A DNA stretch of 64,000 nucleotides from Geosiphon pyriformis uo1 (Eukaryota > Fungi > Glomeromycota): assembly GCA_016748015.1 (NCBI GenBank), contig JAAOMT010000597.1:783181-847180 (forward strand). The letters are read 5' to 3'. The translations under genes were made by a program, and so were the position numbers. Positions 12,802 through 26,918 of this stretch are shown piece after piece. How positions within the stretch are numbered: the first letter of the stretch is position 1; each line of letters starts with the position of its first letter. Below the pieces are notes generated by a model. It ran no database searches, was not told where the DNA came from, and was given only the letters and a program-made list of their open reading frames with translations.

Positions 12802-15659
12802 TTATATAAAAAATTAAAGACTTGAAATTTTTTTAATGATACAGATTATTATGAAATATAGAAAAAAAGCTATAATTTCTAATGTTTGAAAAAGTAGACA
12901 TAATTTTTCAAGAATCTTTATTTTGAAAAGAAACATAAAAATTCATTCTTGTTCAATTTTATTATGATTATATCTGTTATATCTTTTTCACTTTGTTTAG
13001 CTATTCAAATTTCAAAGTTTTGAAACTTGTTTCTGAAACATGATGTAAGTTTATTATATTATTAATAAGCTTAGAGTTGTAAAAGTTGTACACATATTAA
13101 TTTCAACCCCCTGAAGTTTAAAACTTTTTTATTGTTTTATCTTATTTAGAATATTTTTATTTTTATTTTTATTTTCTAATATAAATGGAAATAGAAAAAA
13201 AATTACAAAAATCCCAATAAATAAATCATTACTTTTCAATTTTTGAGGTTCTCAAAATAATATTAATAGTTTATCATTTGAATATTATGAACTTGAACTA
13301 ATGCTATTTTTCTACATTCGGAGATCTCGTCTTTATTGCCAATTCTGTTTATTGCTAAAAATTAAGTATATGAACAATTCATTGAATGTTGTCTAGTTTA
13401 AATTACATAATAATTAAGTAAAGGATAAATATTCAATCATATTTCTGTATACAATGACTGAAGAAAAACATTTTTGATGAAAAAATCAGTGATAATCGTA
13501 TATTTGATTTGAAATTGATTTCTTTTTCTTTTTTTTTTTTTTTTCTGATGACTAGATCCGCGATCTTTACTGATCCTTTTTGCACAAACAATGAAATCAT
13601 TAAAATATGTTTATGGAAATGTAGATTTATAAATCGGTCAACAAATTTTTAAAAGAATTTAAGCTTAAACATTTTAATCTAAAATTTTAATTGAGTTTTA
13701 TCACTCAAGTTTTTCTTTAACAAAAAATGGTTACAAAGATAAAAGATCCTTCATGATGATATTAATACATTTGTTGATGAAAAAAAATATATATATATAG
13801 AAGACGAAAAAGTGATAAAACAAGAAAAAGTGATAAAAAAAAAAAAAAAAAGGTTTAAACCGATTTCCTCTTATGTAAATGACACTTTAAAGTTTTCAAC
13901 CTTTTCACTTTATTACTAGTTAAGGATCAATGGCGTTCTATTATTTATTTTGAATCTGTGTTAAAAAGGATTTTCTCATCACTATTTTTTGAAAATTTAA
14001 CTTTAAACATATAACTAAAAAGTGTGAAAACCTTTATTTTCTCCTAATCGATAGAATTCTTTGAAAAATAAATAAATAAATAAATAAATGAAAAATTATA
14101 ACTAGAGGATCCTTTAAGTTGAATTCGTCATACTTTGAAATTATTCCTCAAAATAAACAAAAATTTGTTGTTTATAATTAAAAATTTTTATCAGATTTTG
14201 AATTAATAGATTTTAAAATTAAATACTTTTTTCATAATTATTCTTAAAATGTATGTTGCTTTTGTTTTTTCATTAATTAATTTTTTATCGAGGATCCAAA
14301 TGATCTAATGAAAAAGGTTAATGAATGAGTTATTAATAATAAACATAAAATTTAATTAAAATTTAATTTTTTTCTTTGGAACTTTCTTTTTGCTATTTAA
14401 AAATCTCGGATTGTTAGACTTCAAATAAATAAATAAATTAATTAATTAATTAATTAATTAATTCCCAGACAAATAATATCTAGCGAGATTAAAAAAAAAA
14501 CTCTAGTACTATATTTCAATAATACTATCAAAGTTGAGAACTTGGGAGTTCTTTTGTATTATACAAAGTTAAATTTATTTAAGCTTCATAAAAAAATAAA
14601 ATTTTTTTTTATCGAGTTTAAATTTAAGAAATTAAATTAAATTAAATTTGTTTTAATTGAGTTAATTTTCTCATGAACTAATAACCCTAAAAATAAAACC
14701 TCTAAATTCTTTTGATAAATTATTCTTTTTAAAAGTCCCATCAGATTTACCAGATAGATGACCATTTTAATAAATTTCATTTTAGATAGTACACTTTTAT
14801 AATTAGTAAATAGAATAAAAACGAAAATTCAAAGCAAAATTTAAATGATATTTAAAAGAATAAAAATACAAAATTAATATGTTTTATTATGAGATAAACT
14901 TTGATATTTGTATCATGTCAAAAATGGATAAAAATTTAGTCAATCCAGAAATGATCCTTTGTACAAAAGTAAAGGGAGGGAAATAATTTTTTTTTTTTTT
15001 TTTTTTTACCTAAACTAAAATACAATGAAAAATCAATTCAAGTTTTCTGAAATGGAAAAGATAATTTCACATTTATTTGTCCCAATTTTTTTATCATATT
15101 CTCATAGCCCGACAATCATTTCATTCACTATTGTACTGTAAATGTACTAAGAAAATCAATATGCATTCGAAAATTCGGAAATTAAAACTTTATAATCCAT
15201 AAGGTTACAAACTTGAGATCGTCATACTAAAAAAATGTTATAATTTTGGCGCGTGTTTAAACATAAATTCTCAATAAGGTTTTTCTACAAACTTTTATTT
15301 GATAAAAAGGCTTAATAGGAGATAATCATAGAAAATTAAAAGAAATAAAATATCAATTTTTATCATTTCCTTTAACAAATATTAGCCTCCGACTGTCTAG
15401 GTTCTCACCAAAGATGACATGTGCTGTGTTGAGATAAAATTCATAAAAGTTATAGAGAATTAAAATTCTCAAATCAAGATACGGGAGTTTCTTTAGAAAC
15501 TTTCTAGCAATAAACTAAAAAGTAAGTTTATCAATCACCTTCCCCTAGAAATTATTTTTTTCTTTTAGCAAAAAATTCATTCATTCAGAACTTGTGGTCA
15601 TAAATTACTTTTTATTCGTTAGAAAGTTTCTTATTTGATAGAGAGATAAAAATTTTCCT

Positions 15660-16100
15660 TCAAATTTATTGATAGAAGGCCAGAAGATAAACCAACAACA
15701 GATAGTAGTAAAGTCATTGATGAAGAATAGTTTTCAGATATGATAAAAACTTTCAATACATTTATTAGAAATTTTATTAAATCAACTGAAAAAACTCTTA
15801 CTAAAGCCATCATCCCAAGGCCACAAAATTCCTTTATATTGTATCGTAAAAATTTTCTCAGCACAACATCATATAAATTTTTCTGCAGATTATGAAATAG
15901 TAAAATTATTGGATAACGTGTCACAAATAGTATCGCAAAATTTGGCAAAATTTTCTCACGATGAGAAGAGTTTTTGGGAAGATTATAAAATTGGACTATG
16001 AAATAAATTTTCTCAATTAAAAATACCAACCCAAGATTCCCTGCACTCGAAAAAATTGTGTTACTACTAATTTCGATGAACATCCAAATTTTCCAATTTA
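15660..16100 (+). pseudogene. MATA-type HMG-box pseudogene (coding-like decay may extend to ~17050)
   Basis: 15809 reads IIPRPQNSFILYRKNF, the HMG-box signature. Later frames give KIWQN, DEKSFWED and KYQP. In-frame TAG at 15728, TGA soon after the motif, and frameshifts. Confidence 0.75.
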
Positions 16101-19007
16101 GTGAGTTTGCAAAACTTTGGGGAAACATCATGATTATTCCAACTTTGGCTAATTCATCGTCAGCTAACATGAATGACGTTAATTCTACTTTAAATTTTTG
16201 AGGAACAAATGAATACATACATGCTTAACACATTAGCATCACACAAGAATAAGTCTTTTTCAACCAACTGAAGATGTCATGTATTTTCCCGTACAAGTTT
16301 CACACTTGAACATTCATTGCATCAATTCACATTTCCACTGAGAAGTCAAAACTTTAAATCTAAAGAAATCATAAATTCGATACAAAACATTGAGTCCAAT
16401 GATTCCCATTCATGCTAAAGTACAGGTAATCACTCTAATTCAAGTTATCAGTCAACCAACTCCATATTACAAAATGACCAACAACAAAAACAACTTAATC
16501 AGCAAAATCAAAATTCTGCAACCAGTTTCAATTTATTAAATCTCAAAAAAAAATAAAAAAACCTCCCCCCCCCCTAAAGACCAAAAAGAAACAAAGCGAT
16601 ATATAATAATTCAGAATCATCTGTTTCCATTGATTAAACGTCAAAAACAATTTTCCTTTTTCATCAAAGCAAACCAACCAACCATTAACCATGACATGTC
16701 ATCGGAGGGATTATTTATAATACATTACCTACGGAACAATCACGAATTGATCAAAGCTTACTATTGCCTTCTCTTTCCTTTCTTTATCAACTGATTTCCC
16801 ACCAGTAGGAACATGTCAATTTATTTCACCTGAAAAATCGGTAGAAAAAGTTCAAAAACAAATATTACCCATGAATTTATTTTCATCAAATTCTTTTCTT
16901 GTCCCTTCTCCTCAGCCACCACCATTTTTCCAACATCCATCATTAACAACTTCAACTTTTAAAGGAGGCTAGATGTCTGAATCCCAATTCATATCGTTCT
17001 CAACTTCTTCCACAAGCTGGACTTTAATATTATCTTTCATCGTCAACTTCCACACCAAAGGAAACTAATTCTCATAATTCACAAGAGTTTAATTTGGTTG
17101 AATTATCAACTTGATTTCGATTGCAGTTGTTCAAATTCATACAATATGATTGATCTAATTTTATTATATACAGGGAATAACTTTTTAAACAGAATAATAC
17201 CAAACGGTAACGCGATCAATTAAAATAAGGTTGTGATATATTTTAATATTGAAGCTATCATAAATATCAATCTGCATAATGCCGCTGTTATTAAATATTT
17301 AAATAATTCAAAACCAATGAAAGGATAAATTTCAAGACCCTCATTTCCTGAATTTTCAATAATTTATTTTCCAAATCTTGCATATATTTCTTAAAAGGTA
17401 AGCCTTGCGCTTACATCCAAAATCGTTCTATTTTCTTTTTTGATCTCTTTCATCTTCCATTTAATTTTCCATTTAATTTTTGATTAGAAATTCATTACTA
17501 ACAATAAATTTGTTAATAAAGATCTTTCTCAATCATCTCTATGATTAAATTTTTATGCATCACTGAAAATTAAAATTGATTAATATTAGGTAAAACGAAA
17601 CGGTTATTATAATCTTGTATCCTTTTGTCTTGTCAAGGAGATGACATCAATATAAACTCCTTTAGAAAGAACTTTAAATATTATCAACCTAATTAAAGTT
17701 TGAGTTAGATAGTTTTTTTTTATTTACAAATTTGAATGTTATTTATTTTATGCTTGGTAATTGTTTGGTAGTCAAATTTTTGTTGATTTTTACAAATCAA
17801 ACTTTTACCAGTTTTGTTTGTTTGATCTTGTTATGCAAATGGTGAAAATATTTTTGGACAGATTTGACTTTTAGCAATTTGGCTTTTGTAATATATTTAC
17901 AGATGAAAGTAGATATTTTCCATAAATAGTTTTAAAGATAAAAACTTTTAATTCATGAGATATTTAATTTTCTTGCATTTAGAAAAATTTCTTGATATAG
18001 AAAAACCGTACAAATTAAAACTGTATTGAAAAGAATATAAAAATAATATATATATTTAAATATTTCAAAAATATTAATTGATTTGCCAATTCTTTTCTTG
18101 ATACATTGATAAGGGTGCATATTCGTACATAATTTTTCTTATCTCTTGTTTTGATTTCAAATTTTAGTGAGATATAATCTATAAGATTTATTTTTGAATA
18201 ACAAATCTCCATCAATTCACCTTTGGAATAATTTATAATTCCAAAATTCGATATTAGAAGACAAAACCTTAATTTTTATTCATGTCCTACTTTTAGGAAT
18301 TGATGGTAGAAATTAATATAACCCGATAAAGAAATAGGCAGAAAATTCTTTTTCAACACTTTACCATTTCAGGATTAAACAATTTAGGAATTTTAATCTG
18401 CAAAGTTATTTCGGAAAAATTTAGATAACGAGCAGAAAAAAAAAACAGTTTTTAACATAATATTTATTACTGTTTTTGTTAGTATGTGTGTTCAAACTTT
18501 GAATTTTTCCCTATTAAAATGAGAATTAAATGCACAAGTCATTTTTAGTCTGTAAATTTATTTATTTTTTGAACTTCTAAAATCAAAACAAATAATGAAA
18601 AAATTTTTTTTTTTAGTCTGTGAACCATTTTGAGTTTCATTAAGGTTTTATAATTTATCAACTATGATTATGTTAAGTATTTTAATTTAATTTTCGTTAC
18701 TGACTTCTTTCGATCGAAGTTCAAAAGAAGATTTGCACCATTTGCTAAAAATATCACACCTCTACTTATCTGATGTGAAGCACATCCTACTTGTTTTTTT
18801 TTATGTATATCGAGATTCCCTTCTATGTCATAGTTTTTTTTCTTTAATTCATCATTGAAACTAGATCTTTCCCTATTCTATTAATACAACAAAGATCACC
18901 ATTGTTTGCATTTAACACGAAAGAATCAAGTTTTTTATTTCATAGTAATAAGCATACTACAATTAATAATTTTTTTTTTATTATCATTTTACGAGTGAGG
19001 TCACAAT

Positions 19008-19023
19008 TAATAATAATAATAAC

Positions 19024-19066
<43 letters not shown>
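19008..19066. repeat. (AAT)n microsatellite
   Basis: Direct observation. Confidence 0.9.
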
Positions 19067-19069
<3 letters not shown>

Positions 19070-19466
19070 TAAATTTTGAGATTATTAATTTCGGATGAAT
19101 AAAAACTTTTTAAATAGTTTAAGCTTATTTAAAATTCTTCTTATCTATTCCAAAAGATATTTTCTGTTAATCTGTTCCATTATTCGCAAGCAATGGTAAT
19201 TAAACTTTGAGTATAAAAATATTTACAATTTTAATAATAATTATACAATTTAATAGAATTTTTATCCAAATATTTTAATAAAAATAGCAAATCTAAATAT
19301 TGAGAACAAAATGTTTAGCATTTCCTACGTAACTTGACATAATATTAGGAGTTGGAACATTCGACTAAATATTACATTTTATTTTTGACAAAGAGTAAAA
19401 AAAAAAATTGCGTTTTATTATAGCCTCGCTTGTTTAAATAATCTCAAAAGCAGGTTTGTAAAAAAA

Positions 19467-19475
19467 GATTATTAC

Positions 19476-19535
<60 letters not shown>
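19467..19535. repeat. (ATT)n microsatellite
   Basis: Direct observation. Confidence 0.9.
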
Positions 19536-19536
<1 letters not shown>

Positions 19537-20548
19537 TTCATCTAATTGAATCATTAAAGACTTTTATTTAATAAAAACTGGATCTCAATTATATCCAATA
19601 AACGATACCATACCAACTTCAAGACTCATAGAATGTTAATTAAAGCCCTATTCGAAAGCCTGCGTTAGCTTTTTCTAATTTTTTGTTTCTGTAAATATGA
19701 CTTAATATTAGCCTTGTTTTTCTAAAGTATTTTTCAAGATCATAAATTCCGATTTACTTTTCTTCAAACCAAGTTTAATTGCAGTTCTTATTGACGTTTA
19801 ACAAGTCCTACCAATCGACCTTTTTTCCGATCTCAAGTACCGTAAAAGGTGACTTAAAAATAATGCAGAGATTTTTACCTTTTTTTTTTTCCTTTTACGA
19901 ATACTTAATATTACGCAAATTAGAAGTAATAAGATTTTCTTTGAAATTTTTAATTGCAAATCGTATAAATATCGACAAAATTTAGATGAAAAAAAATCTG
20001 ATCTTCGGCCTCATCATAAATTTCGACTGGTCTAGACATCATGCTAAAATAAATTTTGTTTCATTTGGCACGGACCATTAATTTTAAATTTTAATATTTT
20101 TTGGCCGATTATTAAAGATCTATACCACTCTTTTTGGCCTGAATTGAATCAAAAGACAAAAAATTTAATAATCTCAAAAAGTATGAGCAATGCTTAATAA
20201 CATTTCACAAATTTCGTTTATTATAAATAGCAATTTGCCGATAGGCAAATCCAAATTTATGTTTTCTGATAAGGCATCACATGCATAATGACATCAAAAA
20301 AAAAAAACTTCTTTCTTTCCTAATCGTCAGGCTGCATGGAAGCTCCTTGTTGCATGTTTGCTAGGAAATTGAAATGACAAATAAATATTCTATCAACTAC
20401 TACGTCATAAGTGATCTAAAATTAATGATGTCAAAAAGTTGGGCACACAGTTTTTTTTTCTTGTTAAACCAAATTCGAATTTTGAATTATTTTGCGCATA
20501 GCGGCAAATTGTGTAAAGTTTAGATTGCCGAAAGTTGATATTTTTACC

Positions 20549-20587
20549 GGTTTGGTTCGGTTTGGTTCGGTTTGGTTTGGTTCGGTT
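20549..20587. repeat. Pentamer repeat (GGTTT/GGTTC)n
   Basis: ggtttggttcggtttggttcggtttggtttggttcggtt, ~700 bp upstream of the HMG gene. Confidence 0.85.
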
Positions 20588-21287
20588 ATGTTAACTTAAA
20601 ATGAGTGGCTTTTTAAGGTAAAGCCATTCATAATTTTCAACTTAATCTTGTTATAGTAATGACAAGTCTAGGGCTGTTCGATAGGATTCCACAAACAATC
20701 TTCAATTGGGAGATGTAGAGAACCTCAGTATTTTTATGATTTCAATTTGAACTTGATACGTTTTTTTTTGATGTGCAATTGTGAAAATAAAATTAAGTTT
20801 AACTTATCGGTGATTTTTAAAAAGCTTATTTTTTTTATTCCAGAATTTAAAAATAGTGAAATTATACTAAAACTTTTTTTTTACGATAAATTAGAATAAA
20901 ATTTTTTCAAGAACACAAGTAAATTTTAATCCACATGTTTTACTTTCTCAGTAAAGATTTTCAACCTAAATTAAAACTTTTCTCGTTTGTGATCAGGTTA
21001 CCACGAAAGCAGAAAAGTGATAAATTTCAATTTATAGGTTACATTAAAAATCAACCAGCAATCTGTAACTCCAAGATTTACTAAACTTTTCAATTTATAA
21101 AAAGACACTTGAAATTCCCCCCCTCCCCTCTCTCTCCTTTAATTTTCTCCAAAGGTTTTTTTTAATTCCTTCAGTTTCACCTGGAATCTACAATTCTATT
21201 ATTAATTGTTTCAATTCAAATTTTAAAAAAAAAAGAAAAACTCTCAAAAATTTTAACAAATCAGTTTCTAATTTCAAATAGTCCAAA

Positions 21288-22316
21288 ATGCCAAAACATA
21301 CTCAAAAATTACATTCAAGACCTGAACCATCCATTGAACTATTTATACGACCCCAATTTCCACCTAATTTAACTATTCATGAATTGTTGGATAATGCTCT
21401 CAAAAAACTATACAAAAAAAAACTTATAAAACCCCCGAATGCCTTTTTAGCTTACAGGATGGCACTTCAAAAGGAATTAAATATAAAAAAACTTCGTCCA
21501 ACTATGCGAGACCTTTCCTTAACAGCAGCAAAACTTTGGATTCAAGAACCTGAATATGTAAGGGCAAAATACAACCAGATTGTAATGGAGGCTAGAGCGT
21601 ACTTTGAAAAGATTCGGGATGAAATATTTCCTTTGCAAATTTTTGAATATCGTCCAAACCCATATCCATACGAAAATGGAAATTTTTATGATGGATCTGT
21701 CGCTCTAAAGAATTCTCCGCAATATTTTTGTTCACCAATGTATTACGAAAATTTTGAAATTGGTACAGAATTCACACCTCTAATCAATATCCCGGAATCG
21801 GAGAGTTGGCTTCTGAATACTTCCGGAATGGATCAATATGATGTAACCCAGTCATATGCCCACGAACCAGACTTGTCTTGCGTCACAAATGATTCTTCGT
21901 GGATAGATTCCCCTTCAAATGAACAATTATCACAGCGTTCTTTCCCGAATGGAAGTTGTATATTTAGTGGGTTAGATCTTCAATTAGCAGTTCATGGTAA
22001 GTGAATTCTTTCAAGATTTCCTACGATTGATAAATTTTCTATGCTCAAATCGGTAGTTTAATTGTTGACAAACTTTTTTTATTTTTTATTTTTTTTAAAA
22101 AAAAAAAAAGAAGAATCCTCAGAGATAAATGGATCTAATCTCGTCTCCAATGATCAACTTGAACAAGTCACACTAGGAACCGAAGTGATTCAATTGGGGA
22201 AAAAAGTTGAACGCTTACTTTCTGAAGTACAACAACAATTTGAGAAGACAATGTCTTCAAATAGATGTCGCGAGTTTGTAAATCAAGGTTTCGTTGCCTT
22301 GTCTGTACCTTGGTAA
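21288..22316 (+). CDS. MATA-type HMG-box transcription factor (2 exons)
   Basis: FPP..TI.ELL leader and KPPNAFLAYR...MRDLSLTAAKLWIQEPEYVRAKY HMG box. Intron 21997-22110 (GTAAGT...AG) joins the second exon in frame. Confidence 0.85.
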
Positions 22317-23286
22317 TAGTAATTGTTGATTATCTTTCATTCTCTTTTTAAAATCTTTTTTTGGAATTGTTTGAAATGATCATTTTTTTAAAACCTTTTT
22401 TTGGATTATTACTCAGCACCAAAAAAGAAGGTTGATTTAAAATAGCAAAAAAATAGTTAACTTATTAATTATTAAACACATGCGTTGGTCTTTGAAAGTC
22501 ACATCCTACCAAAAATGTTAACAAAAGAAAAAATAGTAAAAAGCTAAAGTCCCCATCGAGATAATATTACTCGACTTATTATTATATTCTTACAAACTTT
22601 TTTTTCTCTTTAAAGAATGGTTTTTTGAAAAATCTTCAGTTTCAATGTTTTTGGATGTCTTTAATCTAAAATCTTACTAGTCACTTTTAGTCATTGCTCA
22701 GAAAATTCCACAATTAGCAAAAAACATTTCCCCCGAATAATTAATTGCCTAAAAACTCGTATCCAAAATAATACTGAATCTCGGCAAATTTTTTCATTTC
22801 CTTATTTTGAGTTTTTATAAATAGCATCGACTATTGAAAAATCTTGACATTTAAATTCAGAAAGCTTTAGTGCTTTCACCATTTCTAGATTCTTGAACTC
22901 GAAAATATGATAAAAGATTTATAATGAAGCAAAGAATCAAAATTAAATTTTTATATTCAGATTTCATACAAAATTTATACGCTACAAAATTAGTTCTTTT
23001 TGCATGGGAAATAAATTAAAAAAAAAAGGGATTTAAGTTTAGGGTTGATAATAATTCATGCAAAGTATCATGAGTTGCATCAAAAAATTAAATGAATAAC
23101 TCGTCGCCTTTCCTCCGAGTCACATTTTTTACTTTACACCAGGGGTGATTGTAGTACAAGAATCCAAAACCATCAGATGATATCTTGGATTCTCACAATA
23201 AATTTAAGAGCAGATTGTTAATAAAGCTGGAAATTTCCCCCTTTTTAATCTAATTTTGATTTAAAAGTCCAAATTGCTAAATAAAA

Positions 23287-24132
23287 ATGGAACAGTTAAA
23301 GAGAGTTTTGAACTCACTACCACACATGTCTAAAGATATCGTTGATGATACAATTCACGAAAAAATTTTGTCATATCTATCAGAGTATGCAGAACAAGGG
23401 CCAACTATAGTTTCTTTATTCGTGGAATGGAATGTGTTGAATGTTATAAGAGTACGTGAGAACGAAGCAACAATTAGCTCCCGAATTCACCATTAACTTA
23501 CTCAAAATTTTGACTTTTGAAAAATAATTGCCACGCACAGGAATGTACTTTTGAAAATAATGATAACAATCCTAATATACAAGATCATAGGATCGCTTCG
23601 CTGGTGATTCGTTTCCTCAGCTCTCTTTTAGAAAATGATGATAAAGATGAAGCATTATTATTTTCCCGTTTGATCCGAGATTATTCTGATGTGCTCGGAT
23701 TTATCTTGAAAAATGTCTTTTCTGAGGAGGCACTGATGAGATGTTCTTGCATCATGGCATTGACAAGTATTATTGGTTATGTTGAGGGTGCAAAATGGTA
23801 GTGTCGGAGAGTTATTTTTATTTCTTTGAAAATCTGGAGCTATAAAAATTTTTTTTTTTAGTGTTTCACCCCTACTAAATTATTCTCTATTGCACGTTCA
23901 AGGTTTTTGGAATCCAAGAAAAGTTCCCAAGTCATTTCTACATGCTTCGAGGACACAAGCAATTACGTTAGTTACACATCGCTTTTGTTTCGACAGATTT
24001 TTAATCTTGTCATAATTAACAGTTGAAGGCCTACTTGGGAAAAGGTTGTGATTGCCACTACGAAATTAATCTCAACAATTATAACGAATTGCCCACCACC
24101 TCCGTGGAAGCTTAATGAGCCAGAATCATCAC

Positions 24133-24178
<46 letters not shown>

Positions 24179-26918
24179 TAATTCCACCCATTTACAGCTA
24201 ATGGAATCTTTCGTATCATCCCTTGATTTTTTCAATATACTTCAAGAGATGCTCTATGTTCGAGATGTTGTTTTACATCGTCGCATGCCTGCATTCGAGC
24301 TTGTTTGGGCCCTAGCAAATTCTAAGCATGTGAATGTGGTAGAATTCTTTCTGCAAGGGAAATTGGTAATATTTCTCTCTGAATACTTTACTTCTGAAAG
24401 TTTCGCGAGCAATATCTTCTTTTGACCGTTCTGCTATGATTATTTTAAATAGTTGACACGTTTTAACATGTTGTTTGAAGATCCCAACAGGATTGTAAGA
24501 TCCCGAGCTAATGAAATTCTCAGTGTATTATTGGAATGGGTAACGAACCCTCTCTTATTATTCATTGAACGGGATGATTTCAATACCACAAATGAGCCTG
24601 ATCTAACGAATGCAACAGGTAAATATTTTTCTTCAAGATCCCAAGTACTCTAATTACTTAAATTAATCCTTTATACTCATATGTAGCGTTTAATTGGATA
24701 CTTGATCAAATTGTCGTTCCCTTATTGAAGAAGGTCAACAATTTTGAAATCCTCATTGGAGCGATCAATGTCATTGAATCGCTTACCAGATTAGCGGAAC
24801 GGATGCAAAATTCCGGGATTGAGTTTGCATTAGATTTGATCAGATTGTTGATATATTTGCTAGACATTGCCATCGGACCGGAGTCTCTGGTGCAAAAGAA
24901 TTTGATCGTTTCTTTGCCAAATTCACAATTAATCCAAATCTTTCAGGAAGATCAGATTGCAGAAAATGTACACTTTGATTTATGCTCCAAGTTTCCTCGA
25001 ATTTCCATTTCCTCTAAATTTTTTACTGCCACTAGTTGGATATCTTTTTGAAAGCTGAAAAAAGAGCCCATTCATATTTTTATCGAAAATCCTTGATTTT
25101 AAATATTCTTCAAGCAGTAAAATCAATTGCACGCAAATGGGATGGTATATTTCAGGTAAATGTGAAAATTTAGGTCAAAGACATATCCTAATTAGATTTT
25201 ATCTAATTTCACTCAATTCTTAGGGTACTACATTCATCGATATCTTGCTTGATATCTTATTCACACCAATATATAACTCGAATTCACAAATTCTAAAAAT
25301 TGGACTGAGTTTAATTCCCCCATCACTTTTCGTGAAGGTTTTTGATGGAGACATTCATGATCATCAAATAGTTGACAAGGTCCCTGATCGGATTGCATTG
25401 TTACAGATGCTTGATTCTTCTTCACAAATACATCTAACATTCGTCATGATTTGTAGACTTTGGAAACATTAATCGCCTTGTTAGATGATCAGAATATTGC
25501 GTGCCGGGGAATAATTTTGATTTTGGAAACTATGGAAGCTTTGATCTATCACTTGATAATTGGAGATTATATTATAGATTCTAAAGGTGGTCAGAATTTT
25601 GCGGATTCTCTATGGCACAAAATAGGTGATACCCGGTGGGAGGTTCGTGACTCAATCATCGAGTTTATTGGTCACCTTTCTCAGGAGGTGAGCTTTCGAA
25701 TTCAATGAAAAAGATAATTGATTTTTTCTTTAGAAATTATAAACTTTTCCAATACATCTTTCTTTTAACAGAAGTCTAACCGTGATGCTGGAATTAAATT
25801 TATTCTAAAATATGATTTACCGATGGGCATTCTCCGCACTTTAGACGATATCGAAGCATATGTACGTGCTTCTTCTTTAAAGACTCTGGAGGTGAGGAAT
25901 TCGAAAAAATAATAAAATTTTTTCTTTTTCAAGATCTAACATGGTTAATTATTTCCTGAAGATAATTATCCGTGCATCAGAGGGATGGAAATATCTAGTA
26001 TCTAAGAGCCTCAAAGATTTTATCGCTTCGAAATTACCTTCAATAATGAAAGATCCAGAAGCATTTGTTCGACGTGCAGTCATGGATCTAATGAATTGTC
26101 TGATTATAGAGCGGGATTGTGGTTCAATACTTTTGGCTGACGAGAATGCCGAGATTATGAAGTAATTGATTCCGCTTTATTATTATTTTTTTCGAAATCT
26201 TGGATTATTTACCGTCTTCCCATATCCTTTTTAGTCCGGATGTTATGTTAAAAATCATGGATGATCCTGATTTCGAAGTTCGAATCCGTGGATGTAATTT
26301 TTTGCGAGTGGTCTGGGATCATTGTGAGCAAGACCGCCTCCAAGAGCATAAAAAACATAAAAACAACGCCAAGGATTCAACTACCAATGATTATTTTCTA
26401 ATAGGTGAAAATTCTTCGTGGTTTTACTGGCTTAAAGGGGATGATATATTGATTGACGCGGTTAGTCTTACAAGTATATAGTTTTATTGACAAAAAACTT
26501 AATAATCGTGACTCAATTTTATTTCCGTTTGTCACACAAGGCTGGAGACTCGAGCCGTCTTGTTCGGCATGAAATTCTAACTATTCTACAACAATTGAAA
26601 GCATGCCTTTCTAAAGTTTTATCGCAACCGATCATCGATAGTGACTCACCGGAATCAATTAAATATTCGACTGACACTCAAATATCACTTCCTTATAAAC
26701 GAGGAGCGAATGAATTGGCCACATCCCTTTTTCAGAAGCACCACGACTTTTATCATAGAATTTGTTCCGAGATTGATTTCGATCATTTGGCTACAACAAT
26801 TGACGTGGAGGATTTGTATAAAGAAGCGGTAGAAAGCGTCTATCCTATAATGATGACGGAGGATGAAGAAATAAACCAGATGAGATATTTAAATATCAAT
26901 AGTATGGATTGCTATTAA
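23287..26918 (+). CDS. BRAT1: BRAT1 (BRCA1-associated ATM activator 1 / Integrator INTS11-binding HEAT-ARM protein) orthologue, ~12 exons
   Basis: All-GT-AG splicing gives a continuous frame. Motifs DTSNYVVIA, DTRWEVRDSIIEFI, DDIEAYVRASSL, DPEAFVRRAVM, DPDFEVRIRG and terminal MDCY* parallel, in order, human BRAT1 DSSLFVASA, WEVRDSALEFL, DPESYVRASA, DSEGFPRRAVM, DLDWEVR and ADCY* (recalled). Confidence 0.88.
24124..24176 (+). repeat. (TCA)n in-frame poly-Ser tract in BRAT1
   Basis: Direct observation; frame preserved. Confidence 0.9.

Noticed and set aside
15631-16218. 195-aa minus-strand ORF
   Set aside because: Antisense shadow of the + strand HMG pseudogene.
18015-19985. Short ORFs in AT-rich intergenic DNA (also 3621, 7083, 8079, 27111, 28683, 31562, 38126, 48558)
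   Set aside because: F/I/K/N-biased, mostly non-ATG starts, no motifs; expected by chance.
15660-22316. Mating-type (sex) locus
   Set aside because: No flanking TPT/RNA helicase as in Mucorales and no HD1/HD2 pair; HMG genes are highly multicopy in this group.
26222-26234. U12-type (ATATCCTT) 5' splice site in BRAT1
   Set aside because: Lies at the 3' end of a normal GT-AG intron; the frame is explained without it.
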